A stretch of 64,000 bases of DNA. Source: Lingula anatina (Eukaryota; Animalia; Brachiopoda). Location: positions 4,026,587-4,090,586 of the forward strand of contig CM120648.1 of NCBI GenBank assembly GCA_051362555.1, read 5' to 3'. How positions within the stretch are numbered: position 1 is the first letter of the stretch; each line of letters begins with the position of its first letter. A program made the translations under genes and the position numbers. Below the pieces are notes generated by a model. It did no database searches and had not been told where the DNA came from. It saw only the letters and a program-made list of their open reading frames with translations. Below, in pieces: positions 62,357 to 64,000 of this stretch.

Positions 62357-63430
62357 TTTATCCCGCTGCCCTCTTCTCTCTTTTTTATTTTGTGTATGAT
62401 AATTTAAGGATTTCGGCGCCTGAAAATGGTCGGCAAACTTTAAAAGTTGGATCTATTTGGAGATGTTTTAAATAATGTTGTTAAATTGTTCTGTCTTACC
62501 ATTGTGAGCTACAATGTATGTGTCTGAAGTAGTTAGCTTATATGTATTTTGGTATATAATGATCTAAAGTAGTTATACTTATTTCAGCTTATGTGCAAAT
62601 TTATGTAAAACTGTAGTTTAGAGAGCTTGTAAAATGTAACTGTACACATTTTAATGCTCAATAAATAATAATAATAATAATAATAATAAATTATTATTAT
62701 TATAAAATCCCTGTTTTGATGTACATGTTATAGGACCTACCAAAGATACTGTTATTAATGGACTTCTTAAATTTTGTGGTAATATGTTTATTTATTTCTT
62801 ATATGATTGCAATGAAGATGGTCGTTACGTGAGGTATTACTTTTTGTTTACAGGTACTCAAACGGTGCTGAACTCTGTGTCTGAATAATTTTTAAAAGTA
62901 AATCATCCACATCAACACACAGAAAATAGCACTTAATCAATTGACACATCAAGCGTTACAAGATAGCGAGAAACTATTAAAATTCATAGATGAAAAAATA
63001 ATTGGATTAAAAAATCCCTTGGTTAGTTTTTTATTTTTTTCAAAAATGCTGTACTTTCATTGAACAAATTTTTAAATAATATACCAAAAAGGTACTGATA
63101 CAGGCACATAGAAACTGCCATAATAGCTTTTGTGATATTCAGCACAAACATGTTTGTTCAAACACATCAGAAAAACCTGTTCAAAGTCAACCACCGTCAA
63201 GAGAACTTCGTATGTTATTTCCTGGCCTTTCATGATTCTGTGAAGGCGGGTTAAATTCACATAAAAGCTAAACCAGGACATGAAGGATCGTGTCAAATTA
63301 CGCAGGTGGTTAAGTATCCCAGTAAAAGCAGTAACTACTTATGATCATTGCTGATATGTAGAAATATATATTTACACCCTATCCCAACACAGGGTTCTCC
63401 GGTCGTAGATACGTGAGTAGGTAGTAAACA

Positions 63431-63605
63431 CAGGCCCGTAGCCAGGGGGGGGGGGGGGGTTCGTGGGGTTCGAAAGAACCACCCTTTTTGCTGTGAAAAG
63501 GTCCACTCTGAGAAAAAATTGACCTATGTACTTGAGGATTTTATGGTAAAAGGTCCACTTTTCAGAAAACGAACCCCCCCTTTGAAATTGCTGGCTACAG
63601 GCCTG
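63431..63605. mobile_element. MITE with CAGGCCCGTAGCCAG termini and 5-bp TSD AAACA
   Basis: TIR caggcccgtagccag / ctggctacaggcctg; AAACA at 63426-63430 and 63606-63610. Confidence 0.82.
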
Positions 63606-64000
63606 AAACATGACATTTTTGCACCATTAAAAACAAGGCTGTTCTACCTATAATCTTTTCTGTGTGCAAATGAGTTTTTTTTTTTTTTATCTAGAATTGA
63701 TTATTTTTTCTTAACAAATATATTTTAGTTATTTACTGTATGTGCTTTTATGTGAGAATCCGTATGTTTTATCTAGAATACTCTTAATTTTTTTTGTCGT
63801 TAAGCTCTGTAATTTTTCATTTATCTATTCCTAATTATTGATTTCTTAAATAATTGTTTTATGTATATGTAGTCTTCTGAACATGTTATAATGGATTTAA
63901 GACTCAAAATAAATTTATTATTATTATTATCATTATTATTATTATTATTAAAATTGCCTTGCAATAAACAGATGCCGTAAATGTTCGTCAAACCGATATC

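Larger units (their letters stand above)
41670..62490 (+). repeat. Tandem segmental duplication, three receptor units of ~8.5-8.8 kb
   Basis: Receptor ATGs at 42141, 50967 and 59458 (spacings 8826 and 8491); spacer 44720-50960 is collinear with 53868-59450. Confidence 0.92.

Overview
AT-rich, intron-rich animal genomic DNA, probably an invertebrate (lophotrochozoan/mollusc-like; this is an inference). I assembled the gene models by hand from GT-AG exons with consistent phases. Left half: DFFA/ICAD-like (-) head-to-head with PEX14 (+), then LRRC34 (-) head-to-head with UTP3/SAS10 (+). UTP3 introns host three copies of a C/D-box snoRNA with 18S and 28S rRNA guides. Middle: a GM2-activator-like ML-domain gene (+) and a five-exon gene (-) for a 148-aa secreted precursor with 14 Cys and a colipase/prokineticin-like pattern, almost invisible in the ORF track. 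Right half: a tandem array of ~8.5-8.8 kb units with three intact two-exon genes for an orphan class-A-like 7TM receptor carrying a ~355-aa Cys-rich ectodomain I do not recognise. Decayed copies of the Cys-rich peptide gene lie upstream of receptor copies 2 and 3, so the duplicated unit was peptide gene plus receptor. Non-autonomous DNA transposons are abundant (TTAA, TA, TWA, 4-bp and 5-bp TSD classes, Helentron-type), and two have filled and empty sites visible in the window. There are also LINE fragments. No CRISPR, tRNA or rRNA genes were seen.
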